Shown: piece after piece, positions 50,058-63,189 of the stretch | Position numbering within the stretch: the stretch's first letter is position 1 | Layout: the number at the start of each line of letters is the position of its first letter | From: Octopus bimaculoides | Lineage: Eukaryota | Reading direction: 5' to 3' | Length of the DNA stretch: 64,000 nt | Assembly: GCF_001194135.2 (NCBI RefSeq) | Contig: NC_068983.1 | Span: forward strand, 114,809,438-114,873,437 | Notes under the pieces: generated by a model | Database searches by the model: none | What the model was told of the DNA's origin: nothing | Seen by the model: the letters and a program-made list of their open reading frames with translations, nothing else | Made by a program: the position numbers and the translations under genes

Positions 50058-50210
50058 ATCAAAATAAGCAACAAGGAGGTAATGCAGTACAATCCTTTCA
50101 TGCAACTCCATTTAATTGAACAATGCTATCATTACATCAATTTAAATTGATGTAATGATTGCATTGTTCAATTAAATGGAGTTGCGGATATCGTTGTTGC
50201 TTATTTTGAT
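50058..50210. repeat. Spacer-less AT-rich palindrome
   Basis: gcaactccatttaattgaacaatgc.atcattacatcaattt|aaattgatgtaatgat.gcattgttcaattaaatggagttgc, plus outer atcaaaataagcaaca / tgttgcttattttgat. Confidence 0.92.
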
Positions 50211-50985
50211 ACATACATATATATATATATATATATATGTGTGTGTATATGTTCGTGTGGGTGTGTTTATTCCCCAACCATTGGTTGACAACTGATGTTG
50301 GTGTTTTTTTGTCCCCGTCAATTAGCGGTTCGGCAACAGAGACCGATAGAATAAGTGCTAGGCTTACAAAAAATAAGTCCTGGGGTCAATTTGTTCAACT
50401 AAAAGCAGTGCTCCAGCATGGTTGCAGTCAAATGACTGAAACAAATAAAAGAATAAGAGAAAGAATAAAAACTTACCCACTCCCCAAAATTGCTGGCCTT
50501 GTACCAAAATTTGGAACCATTATTATTATTATTGTTGTTGTTGTTAATGTAAAAAGGAGAGTTTTATATATGTAATTTATTTCATCTGTTATTGTTTCTG
50601 TTATCATCCAGGCATTATTTATCAAGGAAAAAAAAACACCTTCAAATCATAATTTCAAGAAGTATTATTTTAATTCTGAAGAATTATCAATAAAATCAAA
50701 TAAATGCTAATTAGTTACTTTGTTGAGAAGTATTTTCATTGGCTGCCTAGTTACTCACATACAAGATAACAAATACATGTGACAAAAGAATTTGAACCAG
50801 AGATAGTATATATATATATATAGGTTATGACGCTAAGGCCACATTACACACACATACACACACACGAAAAGCTAGTTATAAATTGGAAGCTATTCTCAGT
50901 TAAAGGACCTGAGGTGGGATTAGATTGCAAGAATAATATTACATTATGCATTTATTTTAATTTATAATCTCTCTCTGTTTGTGTG

Positions 50986-51031
<46 letters not shown>

Positions 51032-51113
51032 TGTGTTTGTGTGTATATAAGTGTGTGTGTGTAATATATATATAAGTGTGTGTGCATGTGTGTGTGTGTG
51101 TGTGTGTGCAAAT

Positions 51114-51316
51114 GTGCATGCATGGCTGTGTGGTAAGAAGCTTGCTTCCCAACCACATGGTTCCGGATTCAGTCCCACTGCATGGCACCTTGGGCAAGTG
51201 TCTTCTCCTATAGCCTTGGGCCAACCAAAGCCTTGTGAGTGGATTTGGTAGATGGAAACTGAAACAAGCCCATCGCATACATAAATACATATATGTATAT
51301 GGCAAACAAGCCCATC

Positions 51317-51378
<62 letters not shown>

Positions 51379-51584
51379 GTGTCTGTGTTTGTCCACCCAC
51401 CATCACTTGACAGCTGATGTTGGTGTATTTACATCCCAGTAGCTTAACGGTTCGGCAAAAGAGAGTGATAGAATAAGTAGTAGGCTTACAAAGAATGTGT
51501 CCTGGGGTTGATTTGTTTGACTAAAGGCGGTACTCCAGCATGGCCGCAGTCAAACGACTAAAACAAGTAAAAGAATAAAAGAAT
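51114..51584 (+). mobile_element. SINE A
   Basis: Head to tail, with a short internal duplication (aaacaagcccatc twice). Confidence 0.85.
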
Positions 51585-51672
51585 ACACTCTTGAATAATG
51601 GAGATGGTTAAAGAAAAGGTAGAGAAAGAAGACATATTAAAGGATATCTAATATACAATGAGAGAGAGAGGG

Positions 51673-51723
<51 letters not shown>

Positions 51724-52205
51724 AAAGAGAATATAATGACAGTGCAAAAGAGGAAAGAAAAAGGAAGAAGAATCATACAAAGTGACATACTGAGAGAGAA
51801 TTAAGTATGTATGCCATACAAGATGAGCAGTGTGTGTGTAGGCTGGGGGTGGGAGCGGAATTGTGTATATATATATATATATATATATTGTGTGTACATA
51901 CATACATACACACACACACATATATATATATATGTATTCCACTAAAAAGCAATAAAAAACAGACAGACATACTGACCTCCCTACCTACATTCAGAGCATA
52001 TGCAGGAGGTGCGGTGATGACAAACATACTCTCACCTTTCCCTCCCTGCCTCCCGTGAAACTTACCTTGGTGTCATGAACTAGGTTAAACCCTGCAGCAT
52101 GACACTACACTGTCATTAAACTGACAACAACAACAACGACAACAACAACAATAATAATTTTCATCATCATCATCATCACCACTCACAGCAGCCTATCTTC
52201 TAACA

Positions 52206-52860
52206 CATGACCTGCTAGAAATAACAACCAAATCTCCAATCTTAAAACAACAAACACATTGGATAATGGTAGTTCAAGATAAATGGGAGTACTTGAAAGA
52301 AAGTGCCCCCCACCTCCCGGAATGGACAGGATTGTCATAACTGGATTGGCTTTAATTATATAGGCTTGCCTGATCAGGTTTCATGAGAAGTTGAAAAGAT
52401 CATCAGCAATAGATCCTTTGGTGATCACTTGACTTGAAGAAATACCAGCCAAATTTCCCTCAAATGACATGTGATCATCACAAAAGAGTCATTAACCGAT
52501 GACCTGCTAGAAATAGCAACAAAATCTCCAGTTTTAAAACAACAAGCACACATTGGTTAATGTAGTCCAAGACAAATGGAGTATGAAAGACAAAAAAAAA
52601 AAAACGTAAATGACTGGATTGACATAACTGGATTGCCTTTAATTATATATGCCCACTTGATCAGATTTTACCTGGAGTTAAAGACATCATCAACAATAGG
52701 TACTTTGGTGATCAATTGACTTGAAGAAATAACTGCCAAATTTCCCTCAAATGTCACAAAGGACTCATTAGATAATGTATTCAAAGCACATTATAACAGT
52801 ATGGTCATGGGTGGACCATCTTTAATCAGGGCAGATTTAGGAGCAAAAAAACAAGAATAG
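52206..52860 (+). repeat. Diverged ~290-bp tandem duplication of a dispersed repeat
   Basis: tgacctgctagaaata at 52208 and 52500; tttggtgatca.ttgacttgaagaaata...ccaaatttccctcaaatg occurs twice. Confidence 0.75.
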
Positions 52861-52884
52861 TTCCTTTTCTTTCTTACAATCTTT

Positions 52885-53300
52885 TGTCTTTTACTTGTTT
52901 CAGTCACTGGATTGTGACCGTGCTGGGACAGCACTTTGAAGGATTTAGTCAAATAAATTAGCTCTTGTACTTATTTTATTCCATGCCTGGTACTTATTGT
53001 ATCGGTCTCTTTCTGCTGAACCGCTATGTTAGAGGGACATAAACAAATCAATACTGATTGTCAAGCAGTGGTGGGAGACAAACACAAACACACACACACA
53101 CACATATGTATATACACACACAATGAGCTTCTTTCAGTCTCTGTCTACTAATTCAATTCAAAAGGCTTTGGTTAGTCTGGGGCTATAGTAGAGGACATTT
53201 GCCCAAGGTGTCATGCTGTAAAACTGAACGCAATGCCATATATTTGAGAAGCAAACTTCTTACTACATAGCCATGCTCACATCTACTCATGCCTGCGTCT
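52885..53300 (-). mobile_element. SINE A, diverged (a further partial copy at ~53580-53790)
   Basis: Motif similarity. Confidence 0.75.
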
Positions 53301-54099
53301 ATTATATGCCTATGTTTTCATCACTTTAGCCTTAGTTACTTTATATTTGTTACTACTGCAACCATCCTTATCACCAACTAACATCCACATTTTCATGCTT
53401 GTATGGGTCAGACAGTGTTTGTTGAGGCAGATTTTCCTATGGCCACATGCCTTTCCTGTTGTCAATCCTCCCCTGCTTTCCCATATCCAGGCATGTTTTT
53501 CACAGAAGACTGGAAATGAAAAATTTCACTTGTATGATGATGACACTTACTTAAAAAGCATCATATGATGTTTAGACAAGGGTACACACACTAACAAAAG
53601 AGCACACACACACATATATGATGGGCTTCTTTTAGTTTCCATCTACTAAATCTACTCACATGTTCTAGGTTGACTCAGAGCTATAATAGAGCTATAGCAG
53701 AAGAAACTTGCCCAAGGTGTCGTGTAGTAGGACTGAACTGAAGACCATATGGTTGAGAAGCCAGCTTCTTAACTGCATGGCCGTGCCTGCACTTCACACT
53801 CAACCATAAAAAATGTGGAAGGCCACACTGAACAATGTAGCACTAAATATACTAAATATAAAAGAGAGGAGCATCACAAGAACATCTTTGACTATAGTTT
53901 GGTTCAATCAGGACTGAACTGGGGCAAAACAAAAAACAACAGCAACACATATCCAATCTTCATTTGAAACTAGGTTGTTACATAGCCAGTATGGCAACCA
54001 AGGCATAAGAAAATAAAAGCTATCCAGTTAGTTTCACTCATAAACAATGTGCAATCACAGGTCTACAGATACAAACTTTTATCTTTTTATGCTTCTTCA

Positions 54100-54330
54100 A
54101 ACTGTTCTTATCAACTTGTTAACTATGTATTATCTTCAACAAAATCCACCAGAAGCACCACTTTCTCTTCTCCTCTCCAGTGCCTCAGTCCCCAACAACA
54201 TTGCCCAATCCTCCTTTATAGAACTGTACCCTTCTGGAATTTTCTCCTCGCCCAGAAGTTTAAACTGAACATCAACAACCTCAATCTCACCAGCCTGGAA
54301 TGGCTTCTAAATATCACAGTTGCCCCGTCT
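54100..54330 (+). mobile_element. Possible CR1/L2 ORF2 C-terminal remnant
   Basis: YRTVPFWNF...NINNLNL resembles the FFPRTxxLWNxLP...FK..IN end motif. Weak. Confidence 0.35.
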
Positions 54331-55007
54331 CATCCTCTGACTCATTATAAAAGTCAAGATCATTATGGTTATTTAGCCTCATATCAACCTTTGTCACACA
54401 GACTTGTGATCAAAAGTATTCTAGTGATGATCATCATGTCTGCAGACAATTTCTATTGGATTACATTATTCAGTATGTCCTTTCTCTCTTGGAAGATGGC
54501 AGAGTGTAATCTGAGAGAGAGTTAGCCGCTAAGTCATGTAGGTCAAACAGTCACATTGAGACTGCCCCACTGTCGAAAAATGCCAAGTTTGCTGCAAGTA
54601 AAATCCATGAATATATGAACAAAAGGGAAGCTGCAAAGTGATTTAGTTACACAAATATATGTATGATGATGATGCACCTTGAAAGTTTAAAATATTGAAG
54701 GGAATACTGAGAAATGTATCACTGGACGATGATAACAATTTTGATTCATGCTGAGATGTGTCATGAAGTTTGAAGGAGCAGAATTTGTGATATCAGTAGA
54801 AGTCCATGGCATAATGAGTAAATAATCTTATTATAAACTAATTGGTAAAGTTGTTAAGAACATAGAGTAAGGTGCATTGCAGTACATATTCTGGCTCTTT
54901 GTGCTCTGAGTTCAAATTTCACCAAGGTCAACTATGCCTTTTCATCATAAAATAAAATAGACTAGGGCAGTGCTTATGGTTCTATAGCTTTTATTAGCAT
55001 AATTTAC

Positions 55008-55240
55008 CTTTTCAGGAGATGGTTGATCTGGAAAGCGTTTAGCACACACTTGAAAGCAGTCTGGGGCTGGTTTACTGCGCTTCACCTCAGGATCATCACT
55101 AGAAAGGACAAAATGATGGAACATATTCATTAGCTCTTGATGCTTCTCGGTCTTCCACTTAAATTTCTCTTGACCACTACCAGAAGCAATAGCGATTGGA
55201 ATATTGTGCTTATATAAATGCTCAACCAGCCTCTTTGCTC
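55008..55240 (-). CDS. PUDP: Internal coding exon of PUDP/HDHD1-like phosphatase
   Basis: Acceptor tgtatttcAG then (G)AKRLVEHLYKHNIPIAIASGSGQEKFKWKTEKHQELMNMFHHFVLSSDDPEVKRSKPAPDCFQVCAKRFPDQPSPEK then donor GTaaat at 55007. The exon is 233 bp, phase 1 in and phase 0 out. It carries HAD motif II (ASGS) and motif III (KPAPD) and splices in frame to 3674. Confidence 0.95.
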
Positions 55241-55606
55241 CTGAAATACACAAAAAAAGAAACAACATTGTATTAGACCTCTGATGAGATAACATTGGTA
55301 GCAGATATCTCAGATATCTCAATAAGGGCTAAAGAAAATTACTGCTTCAGAAACAAACTTAAAATTGGAATCTTCCGATGAAAATGGAAATCTTGCTTAA
55401 CTCTCTTGAGATACATGGTGTTTTGGTATGTGTAGCCAAAAAGACCAAAGCTTTTTTCTGTAGAGATTGAAATTGATGCATGTAGAAAACAAAGGATAAA
55501 GTGCCTAAAACTACTTTATAAGTATGTAAAGCTATAAATTTTATGAAAGCTTATGAACAGTACAATACATCTATCACAATAAGAAAACCTAAAACAACAC
55601 AATACA

Positions 55607-55781
55607 TACTCTTTTATTTGTTTCAGTCATTTGAGTGCAGCCATGCTGGAGCACCGCCTTTAGTCGAGAAAATCGACACCAGGACTTATTCTATCAGTCT
55701 CTTTTGCCGAACCGCTAAGTTACGGGGATGTAAACACACCAGCATCGGTTGTCAAGCGAAGGTGGGGGGACAAACACACAT

Positions 55782-55818
<37 letters not shown>

Positions 55819-56081
55819 NNNNNNNNNNNNNNNNNNNNNNNNNNNNNNNNNNNNNNNNNNNNNNNNNNNNNNNNNNNNNNNNNNNNNNNNNNNNNNNNNN
55901 NNNNNNNCATATATATACAATGGGCTTCTTTCAGTTTCCGTCTACCAAATCCACTCACAAGGCTTTGGTCTGCCCAAGGATATAGTAGAAGACACTTGCT
56001 CAAGGTGTCATGCAGTGGGAATGAACCCTGAACCATGTGGTTGGTAGGCAAGCTACTTACCACAGAGCCACTCCTGCGCCT
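55607..56081 (-). mobile_element. SINE A, full length (gap in its internal microsatellite)
   Basis: Complete head and tail. Confidence 0.9.
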
Positions 56082-56322
56082 ATAATACATGTAAATAAAT
56101 AAAATAATAAGCATAAGTGCTTTTGTGAAAAAAACACAAAAATATGTACTGTAAGATGATCTCTGATTGGCTATTACACTTCAAAACTAACCATTCACAA
56201 TGTTTGTTTCATCAGGTCGATGGATCAGCTCAAAGTCCTTTCAGCTTGTATCACTTGGGCTGATCAATCGGCCTGGGTGTCCCAAGAGGGTTAATGTTTA
56301 GTCATTAAATGTTAGGCGAGAC

Positions 56323-56605
56323 CAGTGGTTTCCAAAGTGGGTGGTACCATACCACTCCCTTGGGGGTGGTCGAAAAATCCAGTGGTGGCCAAAAGGGGGC
56401 AATGGATGTAAAAATAACAAAATAATAGGTTAATTAGGTTAAGTTTTATTTGTGAAATACACTCATTTTAAATTTGCTGCAGAAAGTGGTCTACATTTGT
56501 GGTGGAGAGTGGTGGTGGTGGTGGTGGTGGTGGTGGTGTGGGGGCACTAAGAATGTGACCTGTGTACCGAGGGGGCACCAGCCTGAAAAGGTTTGGGAAC
56601 CAGTG
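56323..56605. mobile_element. hAT (Charlie-like) MITE
   Basis: TIR cagtggtttccaaa / tttgggaaccagtg; flanking 8-mers ggcgagac and gactagac match at 6 of 8 positions. Confidence 0.7.
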
Positions 56606-56614
56606 GACTAGACT

Positions 56615-56940
56615 ATAAGAGACCCCCATTGGTCATGAATGACCATGGGATTGCACAGAGAAAATTCCCCTCTGAAGCAAAGGTCTGGGCAAGGTTGTCC
56701 AGTAGTTGCCCATGCATACCAACCTCCTCTCTCCATGCCACTGATGTCATCCAAAGGAATGGCAAAGGCTGATACAGCTTAGCACCAGTGATGTCGCAAC
56801 GCATTTTTACAGATGAGTGAACTGGAGCAATGTGAAATAAAGTGTCTTGCTCAAGAACACAACACACAGCCCAGTCTGGGAATTGAACTCACTACCTCAT
56901 GATTGTGAGCCTGACACTCTATCCACTGAGCCATGCACTT
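56615..56940 (-). mobile_element. tRNA-headed SINE with a different 3' part
   Basis: Head tggctcagtggatagagtgtc...gagttcaattccc; body gtgttcttgagcaagacactt. Confidence 0.75.
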
Positions 56941-57289
56941 TTGCTGACTAACAGGAGAGCTATTCTATAGTAATCCAAGAAAGTGGATATTGTAGTAACA
57001 TGAAAGAAAGATTAATAAAACAAAGACATAATGTAGAGAATATGTAATATACTGAAAATAAAAACATTATGAACAGTCATCTTGGATGTCCTTACCTAAA
57101 CAATACCTGAGAAAAAGTTTGTTGGGTGGGCATGAGTGGAATGGCTTTGCTCATAGGCCTGCACAGTCAGAACTAAAAGAACTAAACAACAAGATATGCC
57201 TATAAGTAAGGAGGATGGAGAAAGCAGGAGAGAGAAAAAGAGAACACACAAACATACATCTCAGTCTCAATCACAACACCATCCCAATA

Positions 57290-57800
57290 TTGGTTTCAAA
57301 TCTTGACACAAAGCCAGTAGTTTAGTGGGTAAGTTGATTACATTGACCCCAGTACTCAACTGATACTTATTTTATCAATGCCAAAAGGATGAAAGGCAAA
57401 GTTGACTGTGGCAAAATTTGAACTCAGAAAGTAAAAATGCTTGCCAAGCACATGGTTCCGGGTTCAGTCCCACAGCGTGGCACCTTGGGCAAATGTCTTC
57501 TACTATAGCCTCGGGCCGACCAAAGCCTTGTGAGTGGATTTGGTAGATGGAAATTGAAAGAAGCCCGTCGTATATATGTATATATATATATATATATATG
57601 TGTGTATGTTTGTGTCTGTGTTTGTCCCCCCAACATCGCTTGACAACCGATGCTGGTGTGTTTACGTCCCTGTAACTTAGCGGTTCGGCAAAAGAAATCG
57701 AAAGAATAAGTACTAGAGTAAAAGAGAGTAAAGAGTATGAACAAAATACTGCTAAGCCTTTTGCTTGGCATGCTAATGATTCTGCCAGCTTGCCATCTTA
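57290..57800. mobile_element. SINE C (minus) interrupted by a 5'-truncated SINE A (plus, ~57440-57737)
   Basis: The SINE C pieces on either side are consecutive (gaactcagaaagtaaa ... aaatactgctaagc...gattctgccagcttgcc). Confidence 0.7.
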
Positions 57801-58103
57801 ACACCCTTCCAGTATTAGTAAAATTTTTGCTTCTCCCATTATTAAAATGAAGACAAAATAAAATCTACATCCTCATAATTCTACTTTCTTCATCATCATC
57901 ACGTTGGACAAAAAAAAAAAAACGTTTGAAACCATCTTAATTTTATTAAATGCAACAAAAATTTCTTCATCTCACTGCAACCAAGCCACTTTACTTAAGA
58001 GAAACTGGGCAAACAGATATGTAAACAAGTAATTAAGTTAACCAAAACTGATTAACTACTGAAATAATTGGCTAAGACAATCAGTTTCACAAGAATGGTT
58101 TAA

Positions 58104-58326
58104 CCCTTTCTGTTACCATATTTTCAAAGAAATATACTGCTTTTGTTTCAATCAATTTTGAAAATAATGAAGAATTTAGTAAAATAGTTTTACCATTATT
58201 AATCTCAAGTTTAGCATATAAATTAACATAAAATTTTGATGCAAGATTGTAATTTTAATGACTTTAAAACATGGAGTTTTTATCATAAAATCAAGGGTAG
58301 TCTCAGGCAGTTTGGTATCAAAGAGA
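58104..58326. mobile_element. TTAA MITE family 1 (223 bp)
   Basis: TTAA|CCCTTTCTGTTAC ... GTATCAAAAGAGA|TTAA; interior related to the reverse complement of 806-1026. A partial family-2 copy follows at ~58355-58550. Confidence 0.75.
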
Positions 58327-59324
58327 TTAAGAAACAAACAAGGTTTCGTGATCTTTTAGCATTTAAACCAGTCATATCTAGCCAAAATATTCAACTTGTT
58401 TAATGTTCAAACCTACCATATCCTGCCTCTCACACCTACCCTACAATGTCATTCTAAAAATAAACAATCACATCATCAGACACTTGAAAGCTACAAGATA
58501 ATGCCTGTTTAATTTAAAATGTGAACAACTAAACATTACATTTGATGTATTTTATCTGTTGCTGTCCATTGTTTTCAAATTTGGTGTACTTTTGTATGTT
58601 AATTATGGAAATGAAACTCATTCTTGCCACAAGTTGATAAATAAAAAGTTGATAGCTCCTAAAGTTTGGAAATTGCAGGTAATTTTAGCCAATTGAAAGC
58701 CACAGACATATTGATGCCTCTTTCCATAGTAACAAGTTATAGAGTCTGCTGAAACTACTATAACTACATGTATTGTCTTTTACCTGTCTATTTTCTTAGA
58801 CAAGTGCCTATTTTCTGAACATTTTTATTACTTCATTTTTTTGTTTTGTGTTGAAGAACTGGGAGTGATTACAACTATGTTCTTGAAATAAGTGCAGAGG
58901 ACCTGCTCAGAAGATTGTTGAGATAAACAAAAATAGTCTTCACAAGATTTAAATACAACTGAGGAAGGGTGCTACTTGAACAGTGGGTTTTCAGAGGAGT
59001 GTGTCACAAGACCAGGCAGGTTCTTTTTTTCTTTATGTGTTACCATGTCAGAGGCACAACACACTAGAGGAATGCATATATCATTTGATTCTTCCTGGAA
59101 CCACAGTTTTCAGTAACTTGCAGGTGGGCCTACTCTCACATTCCCGAAATTGACAGTTATTATTTTCAGCATAGAATAGTGAACTAAAGCGTTGAGCTTA
59201 TTACTTCCTAACTAGTGAAAAACAGCACATGGGCCAGTGTAAAATGAGCATATAAGCAACATTGTGGAGTCCACCACTCTATGATTGGCTTGTATCTCTG
59301 TGAGCTTATGTGGTGCAGGAGATG

Positions 59325-59421
59325 AGCCTGGTGCAGCCATCTGGTTCGCCAGTCCTCAATCAAATCATCCAACCCATGCTGGCATGGAAAGCGGACGTTA
59401 AACGATGATGATGATGATGAT
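59325..59421 (+). mobile_element. Short RTE 3' tail (others at ~34437-34495 minus, ~60765-60920 and ~62940-63055 plus)
   Basis: ccaacccatgctggcatggaaagcggacgttaaacgatgatg. Confidence 0.85.
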
Positions 59422-61186
59422 TTAATGAGAAAGCTTTAGAGTATATCTCAAATTTTCGTTTTTGAATTTTCACTACAAAATATGCATAAATTGTTAACAT
59501 GAACTGAATTACAGTAGTGTAATGTATAGTTTTTTTTTTTTTGTAATTTAACATGTTTTTTTTTCTTTTTTGTAATTTTTCGTCAAAAAATATATTTCAT
59601 GGAGGATTTTTCCTTTTCATATTGCCTGTTCCAATGTTCCACATGACTTTATTCATTCAAAATTATAACTTTCGTCATGATAATTAATAATAAAGTTTGT
59701 TGTTGTACTGTTGTGCTTAACAACTGTTACACACAAAATACCAGCTTCAAACTTTAAATCTCTGTAATATTTAAAAAAAATTTTTCTGGAACAAGTCAAT
59801 AACAACATCAGATTCAACATGGAAAATTACATCAATATATCAAATTTTAAAACTTCAAAACCATGACAGCAACAGAAAAGGTCTCGTTTAACAGAGTAAT
59901 ATGAATGCTAAAGTGTTCAAATGAAATTGGTAGTTTCTCAAGAGATGTATTTCGTCTTGGCTGTTACAAAAACATTTTCAAAAGTTCATTAAGATTACTA
60001 TATTAATGTACTGTGACCTTCCATATATTATTTAAATGGAGAAGTGTGTGACAATGCATGAGAAAATTAGACAAGAATTATGAGAATCAACAAAGTTGTC
60101 AAGCACAAATCTTGTGTGTTGTGTTGAAGGATTTATAGTTCCGGTACTCCCACATTTAAAAGTGGCATGACCTGTTGAATTAGAGTAACCTTGTGATGAA
60201 GATCCTTTAGAGTAACGGTGGAAATGGTGGCATTGCTTTGACAGCTAATAAGTTGTTGAAGCCTTTTATTCCCAGATATTGTATAATGAGTCATTCTTTA
60301 AAGCTTCTTACCAACTCTGTCAAAATATTGAAGAGAAAAGAAAACTAGCAGAAAACAAATGTGGAGGAGGAGAAGGGGGAGGGGTATGGAGGACAAGAAC
60401 GATGCCGATGATGACAACAACAATGACAACAACAGTAACAACAAAAAGTAGTGAAAAACATCCAGTAAGAAAGTTTAAAACAAGTTAAAATGGGCATGAT
60501 CATAAATTTTGTTTGTGAAATTACTGAACATTTAGAAAATGAAATTGAATTTTCATACAACAGAAATGAATTTGTTGAAAACCAACAAAACAAAAAAAAA
60601 AAAAAGATAAATGAGTACTGCTATGATTTGAAACTTTATCAGACAGTAAAATAATGGAAACCAATGCAGTTAAAATATATGATGATTTGTAATAGACCTT
60701 TCAAGACTTCAGTTAAAATCATGTCAATCCTAAACTTTTAAGGATCTTTAATTTTCATAGTCAATACTGGCATGAAAAAGGGCATCCAGCTGGAGAAACC
60801 ATGCCACAAAAGACAGTTGGAGGCCAGGCAGCCCCCTGCTAGCCAACTCCATGTCAAACCATCCAACCTATGTGAGCATGGAAACCAGATGTTAAACAAT
60901 GATTATGATGTTGATGATGAATATACCAATCTCTCTTTATTGGATTTGAACATTACCTCAGCAACACCATTGTCAATTGGAGGTTAGAATAAACTTTTTT
61001 GGAGTTAAAAATAATAAAATACAATTAGCAATTGTTTCTCAAGAAAAAAACTCATAAATATTTGCACATTTGCTAATGAAGGCAATATATGAGTAGACAC
61101 TAATAAATTAGTTGCTATTTCTGGAAACATGAAAATAAGTGGTCACTTTTTGTATAAGTTGTTGTATATTTTTATAAAATAATTAA

Positions 61187-61405
61187 CCTTTTAACATTCA
61201 GATTACACAGTCAAATGTAATGCTAAATTATTCCCATTGTTTTGAATTTATCCTGCATTATCTTATAGCCTTAAGATTAGAATGATGTGATTGTTTATGT
61301 TTATAATGATATTCTAGAGTAGGTGTGAGCCAGATCTGGCCAATTTGAACATAAAGCAAGTAGAATATTTTGGCCAGATATGGCCAGTTTAAATGCTAAA
61401 CAGTT
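61187..61405. mobile_element. TTAA MITE family 2, diverged complete copy
   Basis: ttaaccttttaacattcag ... tttaaatgctaaacagttga. Confidence 0.75.
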
Positions 61406-63189
61406 GAAAATATTTTCCTGTTCATATAATTATACAAGTTTCAGGTATACTTTTCTTTTTCTAAATTCTGTAATCATTGATTTTAATACTTTTTATATAT
61501 TATATCCTTCATGAGCTGAATTCACAAAAGGTGTATGCAAGATATCTAGTATTCTTTAATACTAATGTTGGGAAAGAGAACCAATATATAGATTCCAAGG
61601 AATATTATAAACACTAGTGCCAACTTTATAATTAACAACACTATGATCACAGTACAGTATCACAGTAGGTGATTCAATAGAGTAGTTTGAAACTGGAAGG
61701 AATTTTTGAAACAGTTTTCTTTTTTATGAGACTGAGAAATAGAGTAATTGATTGATGCATATAAAAAGATAATATCTGTGCTACCTTGGCAGATCAAATA
61801 CAAGTGGATATAGAGTGGGTAATAAAAAAAAAGCCAATATAAAAATGTGTGAGGTGGTAGTAGAGGATTGATGGGGCAGAGGTAGTTCAAGGAACATTTG
61901 ATATGTTGCAGTTAGATCAGATCTTCAGATCTTAGAAAACAGAACAAAATAACTGATAGTGTGGGCTGGAGATAAAATGTTCTGTATAAACTTGTCTAAC
62001 TTTAGTGACTGATGATTATGCTTCTTGAAGAATAAGAAAAACTTCATGCTGTTGCTACATTTTTTCATAACTTAGTAAATGTTATTATTAGCATGGTCAC
62101 ACTGCCAAACATTAGGTATGAGCATTTGTTTGTGCCACATTCATGGAAACAGCATCAGTTAGTGTTTTATTCCTGGCCTTTCTTTAACTAAAGTTAGACC
62201 ATGTAGAATAAAATGAGTGTTTTTCTCTTTCTTCTTCTGGCACATTAATTTCTCACATAGACACAATGCTACAGGCTTTCGGGGAGGAGGTATAGCATTT
62301 TATCAAGCTCAGCAGGATGAATAACAAATTCAACCTTGATGGCATTTGAGTTTTGAACAGACAATAACACTGCAAGGTATTCAGTCTCCTGTTCTACCTA
62401 TTTTGCCAATCTATCCTGTAATATTTAAAAACCATAAGGAGTGAGAGGTGCAAACTGTTCCAATTAGACAATACAGAGTGGCAGCACTTGCAGCAATAAA
62501 TCAGAAAATATACATGTTGTACAGATAGAACATGCAGGCATGGCTGTGTGGTTAAGAAGTTCATAACAGAACAAGTGGATAAGGGTTCAGTCCCAGTGTG
62601 TGAATATTGTTGATCTATGTTCTACACTGTAGCTGCAGGTTGACCAACAACTTCTGAGCAGCAGATATTTGGTATACAGAAACTGAATAAACCAGTTGCA
62701 CATATGTGAGTTAGTGCAAGTGAGTTTCTATTTTCTGCTTGTTCTAGTATATCTTTGCGGGCTGCAAGAAAAACAATGGCCTTATTATCAATTCAGGTGG
62801 TGTCATATGTTTTCAGTCAAACACAAAAGCAGATTCAGGTTTCTGGACATGATGTGCAATATTTGTAAATGAAAAAGGCTTATAACTATGTTTGGGCTCT
62901 TTCTTGTTCATTAGACTAGGAGATAATCACCTTACCTGGAAACAGGTGAGGTTTGGTGACAAGAAGAACATCTGACCTTAAAAAACTCTGCCTCAATGTA
63001 CTCTTGTCTGATCAGTGCAAGAATAGAAAAGCGTATATTAAAACTAAAATGATAAAACAAAGATATGATGTTGGTGTTGTTATTGTTGTTGTTAGTTCAA
63101 GTCACCTCTCATCAATGGTATTCCAGTTTTGGCCATTTCGTATTTTATTCAGGCATTTCAAATTACATTATTTAAGGATCCCCTTTTCT

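Larger units (their letters stand above)
3675..55007 (-). other. PUDP: ~51.3-kb last intron of PUDP (length includes N-gaps)
   Basis: GT at 55007-55006 and AG at 3676-3675. The phase-0 join gives ...PSPEK|ILVFED..., continuous with the known HDHD1 sequence. Confidence 0.85.

Noticed and set aside
3544-55985. Many ORF-track entries rich in YI, TH, CV, SL/ER or X runs
   Set aside because: They are translations of dinucleotide microsatellites or of N-gaps, not genes.
6951-57800. tRNA genes
   Set aside because: The A/B-box sequences are SINE heads that continue into SINE bodies and lack a full cloverleaf.
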